A DNA stretch of 64,000 nt from positions 124,001 to 188,000 of the IMG/VR virus record IMGVR_UViG_3300033984_000473; one strand, given 5' to 3'. The notes below the pieces were generated by a model. That model made no database searches, was not told where the DNA came from, and saw only the letters and a program-made list of their open reading frames with translations. This document shows, piece by piece, positions 63,206-64,000 of the stretch (positions are counted from its first letter, which is position 1; each line of letters opens with the position of its first letter). The position numbers and the translations under genes were made by a program.

Positions 63206-63288
63206 ATTCTTAATTTTTAACAAAGGTATGTATAATTTATTAAACTACCAAACATTTTTACATTTTAATTCCAGTAAGATAGATAAAT

Positions 63289-63996
63289 TTACTTAAATTT
63301 ACGTTCTACTTCCATCCTCTTTAAACATTCGAAAGGTGTTTCGTTGGGGTTAAGTGTATAATTACATCCAATAACACCACCCTTCCAACTACCAGTTCTT
63401 TCACCAACTTCTTCATTAAAGTTTATCTCAATAACATGTCTAGTTTTAATTTGTAAACCAAACCATCTCTTCCAATATCTTTTAACTTGATGAATCGTTG
63501 CTTTTATATTTTGAATGTCGCCAGAATTTAATTGATAAGCATAATCATGCACTTCATATAATATTTTATCGGACCATTTATCTGAATCCCAAAAATCATC
63601 ACCTTTTTCTTCTTTTTTCCAACCATCTTTAAGTAAGTATTCAGTTTTTAAATGGTTATACGCCCATGGAAAATCAAATGATAGTTTATGGAAACCTCTA
63701 ACCCAAAATTGGTTTGGAAATCCACTGTCAATATGGTAAAACATAAGACCATATGTTTTTGATTCAGAAGTATTACCTCTACCAGTATCATACGGTAAAT
63801 GAATATATAAATTACCCCAAGAATAAAAACATAATATCAACGATATCGGTATTAACCATAAACTAATGAATGGTAACACTAATAAAAGTAACGTTGTTAA
63901 ATTAGTGTTAATTTGTGGTCTAGGGTCGAAATAACCATTATTTTCATATGTTAAATAGAAACCATTACCTTTACTACTTTTAGGATAAAAAGACAC
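63289..63996 (-). CDS. hypothetical membrane protein (5' end probably beyond the window edge)
   Basis: TM segment; C-terminal F..EVGERTGSWKGG..GC. Confidence 0.65.
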   Translation of the reverse strand: MSFYPKSSKGNGFYLTYENNGYFDPRPQINTNLTTLLLLVLPFISLWLIPISLILCFYSWGNLYIHLPYDTGRGNTSESKTYGLMFYHIDSGFPNQFWVRGFHKLSFDFPWAYNHLKTEYLLKDGWKKEEKGDDFWDSDKWSDKILYEVHDYAYQLNSGDIQNIKATIHQVKRYWKRWFGLQIKTRHVIEINFNEEVGERTGSWKGGVIGCNYTLNPNETPFECLKRMEVERKFK

Positions 63997-64000
63997 CCAT

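Noticed and set aside
1-64000. Alternative genetic code / stop-codon reassignment
   Set aside because: Long conserved genes are intact under code 11, and no suppressor (CTA/TCA/TTA) tRNA was found.
1-64000. CRISPR array, rRNA or tmRNA
   Set aside because: No regularly spaced direct repeats, rRNA-like tracts or tmRNA ends with a tag ORF were seen by eye.

Overview
This AT-rich, densely packed window is almost entirely minus-strand and looks like part of a large (jumbo-type) tailed phage genome. The host is probably Bacteroidota (Flavobacterium-like): about 25 TAnnTTTG promoter boxes, no Shine-Dalgarno sites, and Bacteroidota-type lipoproteins and DUF3127. No core structural or replication genes are present. 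The left 40 kb holds accessory genes: RNase R, IF3, Thg1, a tRNA-binding protein, three AAA ATPases, phosphoesterases, DHFR, an Acb1-like 2H enzyme, and an NAD+/ADP-ribose cluster (Prs, NAMPT, NMNAT-Nudix, Sir2, macro, NADAR). The right 24 kb holds 23 canonical tRNAs, many tRNA-like RNAs and an ABC/OmpA module. The top finding is that three tRNA operons each sit behind the same promoter cassette, a short leader ORF, an antiterminator segment and an intrinsic terminator. Each leader peptide is built from the amino acids whose tRNAs lie downstream (K/T/Y/Q/P/G; F/D/E/A; V/L/C). This suggests ribosome-stalling attenuators that switch on replacement tRNAs on demand. Also notable: an RNase P RNA interrupted by a GIY-YIG endonuclease gene, a family of anticodon-displaying Y-RNA-like RNAs including a circularly permuted pair, and free-standing major-capsid fragments including a Gol-peptide-like segment. 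All calls are by eye from the sequence; no searches or folding programs were run.
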